This document shows, in pieces, positions 19,090 through 28,905 of a stretch of 52,266 nucleotides of DNA (its first letter is position 1; each line of letters opens with the position of its first letter). The position numbers were made by a program, and so were the translations under genes. A model generated the notes under the pieces. It saw only the letters and a list, made by a program, of their open reading frames with translations. It searched no databases and was not told where the DNA came from. Origin of the DNA: Candidatus Nitrosocosmicus sp. (GTDB lineage: Archaea; Thermoproteota; Nitrososphaeria; Nitrososphaerales; Nitrososphaeraceae); contig DATELO010000191.1 in assembly GCA_035276505.1 (NCBI GenBank), forward strand, positions 1-52,266. The letters run 5' to 3'.

Positions 19090-19788
19090 GTGTATCAAAT
19101 AGTGTCTAAAGGGATTTTCATAATTGGGACTGATACTAATGTTGGAAAAACTTTGATTACTGCCTCCTTAGGATGGAGGCTATCAAGAAAAATAAATAGC
19201 ATAGGAATAATGAAACCGTTCGCAACGGGTAACAAACCATATTCAAAAAAATATAGATCTGAAGATGTAGCAATACTTTGCGATTCAATTGGTATGATCG
19301 AAGCAGAGGAAAATGTAAATCCGTATTACTTTCCAATGCCTTGTTCTCCTTTTATGGCTACTGAACTCTTAAAATTGAAAGAGGTTAATCTAAATTATGC
19401 TCTAGAAAAATATGAATATCTGACTAAAAATTACGAATTTATTCTAGTTGAGGGAATAGGTGGACTGTTAGTACCATTAAATAGCGAATCTACTTTGTTA
19501 GATTTTATCAAATTAGTAAATCTTGAAGTAATACTAGTGACAAGATGTACTGTCGGCACTCTCAATCACACTTTGTTAACCGTAAGGGAATGTAAGGCAA
19601 ATGGGATCAATATAAAGGGAATAATAGTTAACAAGATGCCATCTCAACCTAATGAAATTGAATCTAATACACCACAATTTATTGAGAAGTTATCACAGGT
19701 TCCCCTTCTCGGAATTGTCCCTTATTTTGAATTCTTAACCCTTAATGTGGAGACATTTAAGCAAATCTCTGCTCTAATCAAAATTTAA
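19090..19788 (+). CDS. bioD: Dethiobiotin synthase
   Basis: GTDTNVGKT, MKP.ATG, VEGIGGL.VP, GTLNHT.LT. Confidence 0.93.
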   Translation: MYQIVSKGIFIIGTDTNVGKTLITASLGWRLSRKINSIGIMKPFATGNKPYSKKYRSEDVAILCDSIGMIEAEENVNPYYFPMPCSPFMATELLKLKEVNLNYALEKYEYLTKNYEFILVEGIGGLLVPLNSESTLLDFIKLVNLEVILVTRCTVGTLNHTLLTVRECKANGINIKGIIVNKMPSQPNEIESNTPQFIEKLSQVPLLGIVPYFEFLTLNVETFKQISALIKI

Positions 19789-19859
19789 TCAACTTCAACG
19801 TCAGTAATTTGTATTTTACAAAGTAATAGGCTGGATTTGGTGTAGACAGGGCGTATCAT

Positions 19860-20573
19860 CTAAATTTTGCCTAACCTTTTTACGTACTGTTTATAAGCTT
19901 CTAAATATGATTTCTTATCTCCAATATCCATAAAACTCCCGTCCTTAACTATGTATGATTTTACCTTTTTCTTGTCCTTAATACTGGATCTCACAGCCTG
20001 ATCCATTCCAAAGGAAACTGAATTTGGAATCATCTTTAAAAATTCAGGTTCAAAAACGTAACAACCAATATTGATGAGGCCGGCAACTTCTGGTTTCTCC
20101 TTCCAATCAGAAACAAGCATTTTTTCGCTGTTATCCAACTCTATAAATCCGTACTTGAGATTTGTCTTGTATCTAGTCAAAGCCATAGAAATAAATGCTT
20201 TGTCATTTATGTGATTATCTATCATTTTGTCTAATGGAAACTCATATACAGAATCGCCGTATAAACAAACGAAGGACTCGTCTAGGTACCTGGATGCTGT
20301 CTTTAATTGCCCTGCCGTTGCAAGAGGCCTATCGGATCTCGAATACGTAATTTCTATTCCAAATCTCGAACCATCTTCAAAATAATCTTCTATCGACCTG
20401 TGCAAATAACTAACACAGATCACAATCTGGTTGATCTTTTTTGATTTGTTTAACCACTCTACCAAATATTCTAACAACGGTTTGTTTCCAAGCGGAAGCA
20501 TAGGTTTCGGAATGAAAAATGTATATGGCTGCAAACGCGTACCCAATCCACCCGCTAAGATTACTGCTTTCAC
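19860..20573 (-). CDS. Sugar-phosphate nucleotidyltransferase (NTP_transferase domain only)
   Basis: AVILAGGLGTRL.P.T..IPKPML, TAG.L, YGD, KEKP, DIG; no C-terminal hexapeptide domain. Confidence 0.9.
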   Translation of the reverse strand: MKAVILAGGLGTRLQPYTFFIPKPMLPLGNKPLLEYLVEWLNKSKKINQIVICVSYLHRSIEDYFEDGSRFGIEITYSRSDRPLATAGQLKTASRYLDESFVCLYGDSVYEFPLDKMIDNHINDKAFISMALTRYKTNLKYGFIELDNSEKMLVSDWKEKPEVAGLINIGCYVFEPEFLKMIPNSVSFGMDQAVRSSIKDKKKVKSYIVKDGSFMDIGDKKSYLEAYKQYVKRLGKI

Positions 20574-20606
20574 AATGGTATGAATGGCTCTTGATTATTT
20601 ATAAGA

Positions 20607-21959
20607 TTAGATACCATTATAGACTTTCAGAATAGCCAGTATCTTTGTCAATATCTTTAGTGGAGTTTCAGCAAAAATTAATATCATAGGCTCCTTCCCT
20701 AAATCACCAGAGTGGTAAACTACCTCGGAACTTGGATTGATTTTAAAAGCCTCAGCTATTCCCCACTTAATAGAAGCTCCTTCTTTTTTCTTCTTGTTTG
20801 AAGGTTCTAATTTTCTATCATAACACGCAGAGTCAAACAAGTCTTTACAAATTTGTAATATACTTTTTGTATACCGAATGTTTATTGCAGCTCGAAAAGC
20901 AGGATTGAAGCGTTTGGCAGCAAGAAGGGCGTTTGCAACGTGGTTGGATGCCCCAAATCGAATCACGTTTGGAGAGCGAACATGATTTTGGTAGTTTGTG
21001 ATTCTGCCCACTACGCCAGCGACATCTAATAGATCATACGGATTGGGAACTGAGAAAACAAAATTAGTTTTTGTCTCGGGGATTAGTAATGAAAAGTCTT
21101 CGAATCTTTCTAATTGTTCGACACTATTTTGCAATGCAACCATCGTTTCATACCTTTCAGAATTACTAAATACTCGATATAAGGGGTTGGCCACCAAAAC
21201 CCCACCGCCCACCTGAATAGCATTTTTCAATGCTCTATGAACATACGAATTAGCAAGAATAAAGGCATCTTTGGGGTTATACTCCATTGCAATATATGAA
21301 GCAAGCGCTGAAGAAAAATTGCACCCAGTTCCGTGAGTCTCATCAATGGGAAGTCGCGGGTTTGAAATTTTATGAATTTCATCACCTGAGCTTCCATAAT
21401 AATAATCGGAAATCTCATTATCATTATTTTTAGAATGCCCTCCTTTTATTATCACATTTTCAACCCCAAGGTTCCTGATATGCTCAGCGACTTTAGGAAT
21501 GTCTCTGGATGAATTTATACGGATTTGGCTCAACAATTGAGCTTCTTTGATGTTTGGTGTTATCACAGTTGCAAGTGGGATAATATCTCGTTTAAAGGAT
21601 ACAAATGATCTGTCATCAAGTAACCTTACACCAGTACCCGAATAGAACACAGGATCTAGTACTATCGGTCCTTCAAAGTTTACTAACTCTTTTTTTACTA
21701 TATTGATTATAGAATTATCGTAAAGAACCCCTATCTTGATAACATCTGGCTTGATGTCTTCAACTGTAGTTTCAAGCTGATTCTTGAAAAATTTTGCAGG
21801 AACGACAAAAATGTCCGATACTGTTTTAGTGTTTTGGGCAGTCAGCGTTGTGATAACAGTTGTTGCATAGATCCCCAATGCCGAAAAGGTCTTGAGGTCT
21901 GCTTGAATCCCGGCCCCGGCAGACGAATCACTTCCAGCTATAGTTAAAGCTTTTTTCAA
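20607..21959 (-). CDS. thiDN: Bifunctional HMP/HMP-P kinase - thiamine-phosphate synthase (ThiD-ThiN)
   Basis: GSDSSAGAGIQADLKT, TPN..EA, KGGH, HGTGC; C-terminal ThiN domain (LIPE..TN, GRI, FGAS.H.A, GD.GKEPMI). Confidence 0.93.
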   Translation of the reverse strand: MKKALTIAGSDSSAGAGIQADLKTFSALGIYATTVITTLTAQNTKTVSDIFVVPAKFFKNQLETTVEDIKPDVIKIGVLYDNSIINIVKKELVNFEGPIVLDPVFYSGTGVRLLDDRSFVSFKRDIIPLATVITPNIKEAQLLSQIRINSSRDIPKVAEHIRNLGVENVIIKGGHSKNNDNEISDYYYGSSGDEIHKISNPRLPIDETHGTGCNFSSALASYIAMEYNPKDAFILANSYVHRALKNAIQVGGGVLVANPLYRVFSNSERYETMVALQNSVEQLERFEDFSLLIPETKTNFVFSVPNPYDLLDVAGVVGRITNYQNHVRSPNVIRFGASNHVANALLAAKRFNPAFRAAINIRYTKSILQICKDLFDSACYDRKLEPSNKKKKEGASIKWGIAEAFKINPSSEVVYHSGDLGKEPMILIFAETPLKILTKILAILKVYNGI

Positions 21960-22184
21960 ACTACCTTTACCTTAAGATTAAAGAGGTGCTATGGGATAAA
22001 TGAATGTCACTAACCGTAATATTCTGATTATTTGATTTCATAATTAGAATGAGGTTATATAGTTAACTCTATGAGGAGAATATAGTGAAATTTAGAAATC
22101 CCAGTGACGAGGACAAATGCTGAAAAAATTGATATAGATTAGTTTTATTGTACGAGTTAGTCAAATACGAATAAATCATAACTG

Positions 22185-22191
22185 TTAAATA
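22185..22191 (+). promoter_or_regulatory. Putative TATA box for aIF-5A gene
   Basis: TTAAATA about 31 nt upstream of the TTG start at 22222. Confidence 0.4.
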
Positions 22192-22221
22192 TGTATCCAA
22201 TATGAATTTTTTTGATTATAA

Positions 22222-22614
22222 TTGAGCAAACCTATGGACCTTGGTAGTTTGAAAGTTGGGTCTTACATTATCATTGATGGAGAGCCTTGTAGAATAGTTT
22301 CATATGATCATAGTAAGCCAGGCAAACATGGTTCCGCTAAAGCCCGTGTGGCGGCTATGGGTGTGTTTGATGGTTCAAGGCATAGTCTTGTATCTCCAGT
22401 TTCAGCTAGTGTTGAAGTTCCATTGATTGATAAGAGAAATGGACAAGTTATTTCAATGTCTGGACAAGTTTTGCAAATAATGGATTTAGAAACATTTGAA
22501 GTTTTTGAGACCTCCGCTGTAGAAGATGAAATCAGGGATAAAATCAATCAAGGTGGAGAAGTAGAGTATTGGAAAGTACTTGAACGGATCAAAATAGTCA
22601 GAGCAAAAAGCTAA
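22222..22614 (+). CDS. eif5a: Translation factor aIF-5A
   Basis: Hypusine-site motif SKPGKHGSAK; LQIMDLETFE. Confidence 0.97.
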   Translation: MSKPMDLGSLKVGSYIIIDGEPCRIVSYDHSKPGKHGSAKARVAAMGVFDGSRHSLVSPVSASVEVPLIDKRNGQVISMSGQVLQIMDLETFEVFETSAVEDEIRDKINQGGEVEYWKVLERIKIVRAKS

Positions 22615-22889
22615 CAAATACCAAAATATGGCTAGTCTCTTTATAGAAGGGATTTGACACAATCTTTGTGTTTAAATATGTATTTGTAAAACAGTATTCA
22701 AATAGAATTATGCTCCAATATAACTATATGAATTGCTGAAACTGTTCCGGTCTGGTCTCGATTCAACAAAACCTCATCTAGAATCATAACTAATTCAAGA
22801 TTAGATTAAATAATCTATCATCGAGTGTATTAAACATACAAAACGTTTCTATGATGCATTTAAATAATAAGAATGTTCATAAACGGTAG

Positions 22890-24116
22890 TTGGAACAGCA
22901 ATCAAAAATAAAGTTTGATCTTCATTTACCTCTTATTTTAATTCATACTCCTTACGGGCTAAAATTCTTTGACCGAATTTCGAAAACTAGTGCTGCTAGA
23001 TTTTATGCCAAATTTAACACTTATTTGATGCCTCTGATAACAATTATGGCCTTATTCCTAATTATTGGTAGTGTGGCCGCATTGTTTTCTAGTGAAACTA
23101 TCCGAGAAGGAGCCAGAGGCGTAGGTCCTCAAGCAAATTTGCTTATTCCAGGGCTCAATCCTTATTTACCAATTTGGGAAGGTTGGATTGCCCTAGTTAT
23201 CACGATTATTGTTCATGAAGCGGGTCATGGTATTATCGCAAGAGTATATGGTGTTAAGGTGGAATCTACAGGACTCGTCTTGTTCTTGGGTATCCCAATC
23301 GGTGCCTTTGTTAACATAGAACGAGATGAATTAAATAGAATATCTACCAGGCAAAAAAGTTCAATATTAACTGCTGGCCCAATGACTAACATCGTATTAG
23401 CGGCTATTTCATTAGTAATTATTCTTTTGATAACATCAACGTTGATTATAACAAAACCTATGGATCAGAATCTATTTGGTGTTGTAATTACAAATGTTAA
23501 TCCTAATTCACTAGCAGAATCGATAGGGCTATCAAAGGGAGATACCATACAACAAATCCAAGGTGTAGATATAAGAGACCCAGTTTCGCTTAATGAAAAC
23601 TTGAACAATAATCTTGGAAAGTCCATTACCATAGGAATAGCGTCAGACTCTGGTGAAAAAATTAGTAGGCAAGCAACTCTTCCAGATCAACGGGAACCAG
23701 GCAAGGGAATTCTAGGTGTTTCAATAACACCCGTGGCAGACCCAAAAGAAGTCCTGGACAGATATAATACGATGATCTTTACCTCACCATTGGGATTATT
23801 GGCACCTCCAACTTTCGTTCAGGGTATGGTGCCGTATTCAGACTTTATGGCTGATAAGTATACATCCCCTATTTTTGGGTCTTATTATACTATTCCAGCA
23901 AATCTATTTTTCTGGATGTGGTTCATAAACTTCAATGTTGCTATATTTAACGCCTTGCCAATTGGGCCTTTAGATGGGGGTCAGCTTTACAATTCACTTA
24001 TAGACAAGAAGACTCAGAACAGGAAGGGATTACTAAGACATTCATCCAAGATCCTTACATATGCGATGGTCGTAGTGGTAGTTTTGTCTATTGCCTTGCC
24101 TTACCTGCTCAAATAA
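22890..24116 (+). CDS. Site-2 protease (M50) with PDZ domain
   Basis: HEAGH, AGP..N, PDZ segment (V.PNS.AE..GL.KGD.I), FNALP..PLDGG; several TM segments. Confidence 0.93.
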   Translation: MEQQSKIKFDLHLPLILIHTPYGLKFFDRISKTSAARFYAKFNTYLMPLITIMALFLIIGSVAALFSSETIREGARGVGPQANLLIPGLNPYLPIWEGWIALVITIIVHEAGHGIIARVYGVKVESTGLVLFLGIPIGAFVNIERDELNRISTRQKSSILTAGPMTNIVLAAISLVIILLITSTLIITKPMDQNLFGVVITNVNPNSLAESIGLSKGDTIQQIQGVDIRDPVSLNENLNNNLGKSITIGIASDSGEKISRQATLPDQREPGKGILGVSITPVADPKEVLDRYNTMIFTSPLGLLAPPTFVQGMVPYSDFMADKYTSPIFGSYYTIPANLFFWMWFINFNVAIFNALPIGPLDGGQLYNSLIDKKTQNRKGLLRHSSKILTYAMVVVVVLSIALPYLLK

Positions 24117-24329
24117 TCGAAAAATAACAAAATGAATGGTATTGATGACCTTACGTTAGGGTTTTTTTGTCGTAAAAAAGGTTAGCACTTTCATTCTTTT
24201 GGATGGCATTCATATTATTGATTAAGTACGGCCCTTAGGTATCACGATTAAGAAAATATCATTGCAAATTAAAAATTTCTTATTTTATTGGCAAAAACAT
24301 CTATAATGCCTTTGTAAACAATAAAACCA

Positions 24330-25316
24330 TTGAAGTCATCACTCTTTAATTTTAAGTTATTATATTGCATTAATCACCGTGATAGAAATTTTCCATTAGA
24401 TTTAGAAGTTCTACTTCACCAGCCAGATAACAAGAATGAATGTTTAGAAGGTTTTCTCATATGTCCTGAATGTAAGTCCGCTTTCCCTATTATCTCAGGT
24501 ATAGCAGTGATTGTAAAGGATATCATTCAGTATGCTTCTGAGAGACTAGGGACTTTTGGCAAATGGTATTCAACCTGTAAGAGTGAGAAAATGAAAAACT
24601 ATTTGAAGGATCTATCGGCGAAGCTGGTAAGAAATTCTCCCAATGAAAACAGATACGAGGACGACGGTAGATATTTTCAAACATACAAGTGGTTACACAA
24701 TGAAAATTTTGAAAGCGACAAGTTTTTACATCTTTTACGTTGGAAAATAAAGCCGTCTGATGTATACAGAAAGTTAACATCAGGAATTAAATTTGAACCG
24801 GAAGGAATTGCTCTAGATCTGGGTTGTGCATTAGGGCTCTCAACACTTGAATTGTCTAATAAGTTTTCATTTGTTTTTGGCATTGATTCCTCATTCTCTT
24901 TTATGGCTGAAGCAAAAAAGAAATCTAATGAGGCCGGATCGACCAACATAGAATTCTTTGTCTGCGATATACTTGATTTACCTTTCAAAAGCCAAAAATT
25001 TGATTTAATTTTTGGACTCAACATCTTAGAATTTGTTCCGATGGAAAAATTGTTGCCACTAGTTCATAGTCTGCTTAAACCCCACTCATTATTTGTAACC
25101 ACAACACCTTACGATTATAACAGAGAAATCGTATACAATCCGAATTTGAACGATCATACACTCAGAATTGCACTTGAAAATAACGGGTTTGAGATAACAA
25201 TCAAAACAAAGAAAGAATCATTTATACCTTGGATTTTAAAAATAAATGAGAGGACTTATCTTTTTTATTTTCTTGACCTTATTGAATCACGGAAGGTATC
25301 CAAGCATAAACACTAA
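24330..25316 (+). CDS. Trm112-like zinc ribbon fused to class I SAM methyltransferase
   Basis: N-terminal LYC..H ... EGFLICPEC...FPI.SGI; C-terminal ALDLGCALG, GIDSS, CDILDLPF, FDLI. Confidence 0.8.
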   Translation: MKSSLFNFKLLYCINHRDRNFPLDLEVLLHQPDNKNECLEGFLICPECKSAFPIISGIAVIVKDIIQYASERLGTFGKWYSTCKSEKMKNYLKDLSAKLVRNSPNENRYEDDGRYFQTYKWLHNENFESDKFLHLLRWKIKPSDVYRKLTSGIKFEPEGIALDLGCALGLSTLELSNKFSFVFGIDSSFSFMAEAKKKSNEAGSTNIEFFVCDILDLPFKSQKFDLIFGLNILEFVPMEKLLPLVHSLLKPHSLFVTTTPYDYNREIVYNPNLNDHTLRIALENNGFEITIKTKKESFIPWILKINERTYLFYFLDLIESRKVSKHKH

Positions 25317-25429
25317 AGTTATAGCATAATTTACTATATTACTTAACTGTAATCATCTTTACATTAATAACCCAAGGTACTTGTTCCAAAATCTAATTAT
25401 ATTATTTTATTGACTTTAATGACGGTATA

Positions 25430-26431
25430 ATGAAAATCGTCTTCATGCAATCTGCTTCTACATCCTATTCTTTCTTAGACTATAATGAAAGCGAGGTTGA
25501 TAGTTCTATACCTTCTAATTGTTCTTTATACCTGTTTGGCAAGGCCCTTATAACAAGGAACGTAGACCTAATAGATTCGTTATATGGGCTAGAAACAGTG
25601 CTTGTGCCAAAGAAGTTGAATTTTATAACAAGAATAATTAAATCAACTACAAACGTTCCAGTAGAAGAGATTGATGAAATTGCATATGGAAGGCTCATTA
25701 AAAATGATCTAAGGGTATCACAAAAAATTGACTCAACAGAAAGTAATGCTTTTGCCGGTGATATACATCATTTTCAACATAATTCACTCATTTCAAATAA
25801 GAATTTATTATTTTTACCTTGTAACACTATAATTGGAAGGAGATCTAATAAAAGGAGCTTAGAGTACTACAAGTTTCAGTATCCGTGGGAATTCTTGGAG
25901 ATAATACAGGAATTATTAAAAAATGAAGTGACACACTCTATTATATCTAACAAGGCAACAATAGCAAAGACTGCAATTATTGAAGGTCCTTGTATAATTG
26001 AAGACAATGTGGTTATCGACGATTTTGCGAAAATTAAAGGTCCAACCTATATTGGAAATGGAAGTTTTATTGGAATGGGATCCCTAATACGCAACAGTAT
26101 GCTTGATTACAACACTAATGTAGGTTTCAATTGTGAAATAGGAAAGACGTATTTTGCAGGAAATGCCAAAATTTCACACCATAATGTAATTCTTGACAGC
26201 ATGATCGGAAAGAATGTTTGGTTTGGGGGATATTCCGGAACGGCAAACGTACTTTTAACTAGGAAAAATGTACAGTACCGCATCAACGGCGATTTAATTG
26301 ATACAGGCCGAAACCATTTTGGTGCAGTTGTATCTAATAATTGTTCAATTGGTGCCTCAGTGATAATATTGCCAGGGCGTAAAATCCCTCCTGACTCAAT
26401 AGTCCCAGCAGGAACAATTTTCTCAAAGTGA
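25430..26431 (+). CDS. GlmU-like left-handed beta-helix acyltransferase with eroded N-terminal domain
   Basis: YPWEFL, hexapeptide repeats (IEGPCIIEDNVVI, IKGPTYIG), DSMIG.NV..G, TAN, TGR..FGAV, G..IP; lacks the GGxGTR motif. Confidence 0.75.
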   Translation: MKIVFMQSASTSYSFLDYNESEVDSSIPSNCSLYLFGKALITRNVDLIDSLYGLETVLVPKKLNFITRIIKSTTNVPVEEIDEIAYGRLIKNDLRVSQKIDSTESNAFAGDIHHFQHNSLISNKNLLFLPCNTIIGRRSNKRSLEYYKFQYPWEFLEIIQELLKNEVTHSIISNKATIAKTAIIEGPCIIEDNVVIDDFAKIKGPTYIGNGSFIGMGSLIRNSMLDYNTNVGFNCEIGKTYFAGNAKISHHNVILDSMIGKNVWFGGYSGTANVLLTRKNVQYRINGDLIDTGRNHFGAVVSNNCSIGASVIILPGRKIPPDSIVPAGTIFSK

Positions 26432-26466
26432 AAACATGAAACTTGATGTGAATTGTCGACTAAAAA

Positions 26467-26961
26467 CTAAGAGGTGTTAGTATCATTTACCACTTTCTCG
26501 TATGCCTTAAAAGCCATTGCTTCATCTTCCAAGGCTTTAGAGAGATAGTCAGTTGATAGCTCATTCTTGGTAACATTACCAGTAAGCAAATAGTCGCGGA
26601 AAAACTCATAGCTAATGATTTCATTGGTGAAAGATTCCAATAGGTTCTTCTTGGTTTCTATAAAAACTTCTGGAGGAGCGGTCTTATTGAATTCGTTCAG
26701 TTGTCTAGTAAAATTGTTCAAATAACTATCAGTTATTTCAGCCATCGTATTGTTAGAGATTTCGCCCAATTGCCATAATCCAATTTCATTTTGATATGCT
26801 CTTGTCAAATTCACAGATTCCATAGTAACGGAAGCAAAATAATTAGCGTAATCATCTTGGGTTGTTTGAACCGATTTAATATTTACAAAGATTAATAATA
26901 TTATGGCTATTGTGGAGATCCCGATAAGAAAACCCATTTTTCTTTTTTCGGCCTTTTTCAT
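26467..26961 (-). CDS. Membrane-anchored hypothetical protein (helical)
   Basis: Basic N-terminus plus one TM helix, then an amphipathic helical domain rich in NxT/S sequons. Confidence 0.7.
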   Translation of the reverse strand: MKKAEKRKMGFLIGISTIAIILLIFVNIKSVQTTQDDYANYFASVTMESVNLTRAYQNEIGLWQLGEISNNTMAEITDSYLNNFTRQLNEFNKTAPPEVFIETKKNLLESFTNEIISYEFFRDYLLTGNVTKNELSTDYLSKALEDEAMAFKAYEKVVNDTNTS

Positions 26962-27043
26962 ACTTTAGAATTGCTAATCCAAAATAAAAGTGATTACCAA
27001 ACCACAATCAAATTATGACCCTTTGTGTCCGGAAATACCTACG

Positions 27044-28471
27044 TCAAAAATCATCAAGAGTCTTTTTTTTCCAGAAAGTATAATTCTTGTGGTCTATAAG
27101 ATCAATATTATACTTAAGTTCAAGTTGAGACCTGACTCTATCTGATTCATCGTATTTTTTTTCTTTTCTAAACTGGTTTCTTTTTACGATCTCCTTTTCT
27201 ATCAGTAATCTCTCTTTATCATCTATTCTGCTCATTTCTAATCCAATTATGTCGAGAAACTTTTCTAAAGTGTTAAAGGAGTTATCTAAGAAGGTCATTG
27301 ATAAATTGTTATTTATTGACAAAATTTGGTTAAGTTTGTTTATGAACCTAAAAAAGGATGTCATAGCAATAGAAAAATTCAAATCATTTTCTAATTCTTT
27401 TTCGAAATCCTCAAAGTACTGACTCCATTCCATATCAAATTCATTAGGGTTTGAATCACTCTTCTCAGTTGTAATTTTGTTTCTTATTCTAAACTCTAAT
27501 TCATGATAGGCATTTGCTATTTGCCTCCATTTATTCTTTATTTCAAGGATAATGTTTTCAGTGTAGTCTAGAGGTTTGGAATAATGGGAGGACAAACAAA
27601 AAAGTCTAATCACATTCGGTCCAGTTGTCTTGATTAATTCAGAGATCTTTATGGTATTGCCTAAGGACTTTGACATTTTTTCTGAATTGATAGTTACCAT
27701 TCCTATATGCATCCATAATTTAGCAAATTCTGTACCTAGTAGGCCTTCTGATTGGGCAATCTCATTTTCGTGGTGTGGGAATATCAGATCTTGACCGCCA
27801 CCATGAATGTCTATTTTTGAACCCAAGTACTTTAGTGCCATTGCTGAACACTCTATATGCCATCCTGGTCTGCCCTTACCCCAAGGACTGGACCATGTGG
27901 GATTTTTTGAGCTAAATTTCCATAATGCAAAGTCTCTCGGATCAGATTTAGTTTCATCTACTTCTATCCTAGCCCCAGGATCCATCTGGTCGATATCTTT
28001 TTTCGATAACTTGCCGTATTCTGAGAATGCACTTACACGATAATAAACACCATTTAAACCTAAATATGCCTTGTTCTTGGCAATTAATCCGGTAATAAAA
28101 TCAATTATTTCATTTATGTTTTCAGTAACCAAGGGATACGTAGTGGCATTCCTTACATTTAGGGCATTAAAGTCTCTAAAATAGCTTTTAATATATTTTG
28201 TAGAAATGTCCCCTGTCGACGTTTTCTCGTCTATAGCCCTTGCAATTATCTTATCATCAATATCAGTAAAGTTCTGTATAAAATTGATCTCTATATTTTT
28301 TGATTCTAAATATCTTCTCAAGACATCAAAAATAATTATTGTTCTAGCATGTCCAATATGACATTCATCATATACTGTTACCCCACATAAGTAAATATTA
28401 ATTTTCTCTTGCGATAAATCAATTTCCTCATTAACGCTTGTGAGGGTATTATATAACTTCATTCTTTTCAA
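27044..28471 (-). CDS. cysS: Cysteine--tRNA ligase
   Basis: CGVTVYD..HIGH, NFTDIDDKI, DFALWK, GRPGWHIECS, FPHHENE, KMSKS. Confidence 0.97.
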   Translation of the reverse strand: MKRMKLYNTLTSVNEEIDLSQEKINIYLCGVTVYDECHIGHARTIIIFDVLRRYLESKNIEINFIQNFTDIDDKIIARAIDEKTSTGDISTKYIKSYFRDFNALNVRNATTYPLVTENINEIIDFITGLIAKNKAYLGLNGVYYRVSAFSEYGKLSKKDIDQMDPGARIEVDETKSDPRDFALWKFSSKNPTWSSPWGKGRPGWHIECSAMALKYLGSKIDIHGGGQDLIFPHHENEIAQSEGLLGTEFAKLWMHIGMVTINSEKMSKSLGNTIKISELIKTTGPNVIRLFCLSSHYSKPLDYTENIILEIKNKWRQIANAYHELEFRIRNKITTEKSDSNPNEFDMEWSQYFEDFEKELENDLNFSIAMTSFFRFINKLNQILSINNNLSMTFLDNSFNTLEKFLDIIGLEMSRIDDKERLLIEKEIVKRNQFRKEKKYDESDRVRSQLELKYNIDLIDHKNYTFWKKKTLDDF

Positions 28472-28491
28472 ATTTTCTTGGAACTGGTTGC

Positions 28492-28797
28492 CTATATTTC
28501 CAAATAAATTTCATCTTTTCGTATCTCGACAGGATATGTATTTAATTTTACACCCTCCATGTAATCCAATAATTCACCAGTACGGATATTGTAGTGCCAA
28601 AAATGCAAAGGACATTCTACGACCTCGCCTTGAATTTTTCCAGGTGCTAAAGATCCATCCTGATGCCTGCAAAGTGCCTCGATGGCATAATACTTTTTAT
28701 TGGAAAAAAACAATGCTATTCGCTGACCATTGATGTTTAACTCTTTCCCATTCCCTTCCTTAATGTCATTTGTACTGGCTACTTTAATCCACGTCAT
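28492..28797 (-). CDS. Rieske-type [2Fe-2S] ferredoxin
   Basis: CRH ... CPLH ligand motifs, 101 aa. Confidence 0.92.
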   Translation of the reverse strand: MTWIKVASTNDIKEGNGKELNINGQRIALFFSNKKYYAIEALCRHQDGSLAPGKIQGEVVECPLHFWHYNIRTGELLDYMEGVKLNTYPVEIRKDEIYLEI

Positions 28798-28905
28798 TTA
28801 ACTATAAACAGGATTATATGTTAAAAATTATAAATGTTTATTAATCAAAATCAAATAAAGCGGTTAAATTAAATCAACCCTAGTCCGTAACACATCTAAT
28901 TAGAA

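Noticed and set aside
22104-22123. C/D-box sRNA candidate (GTGACGA...CTGA)
   Set aside because: Imperfect C box, only a 9-nt guide, no convincing C' or terminal D box
21960-22221. TPP riboswitch upstream of thiDN
   Set aside because: No CTGAGA or GC-rich aptamer core seen on the relevant strand
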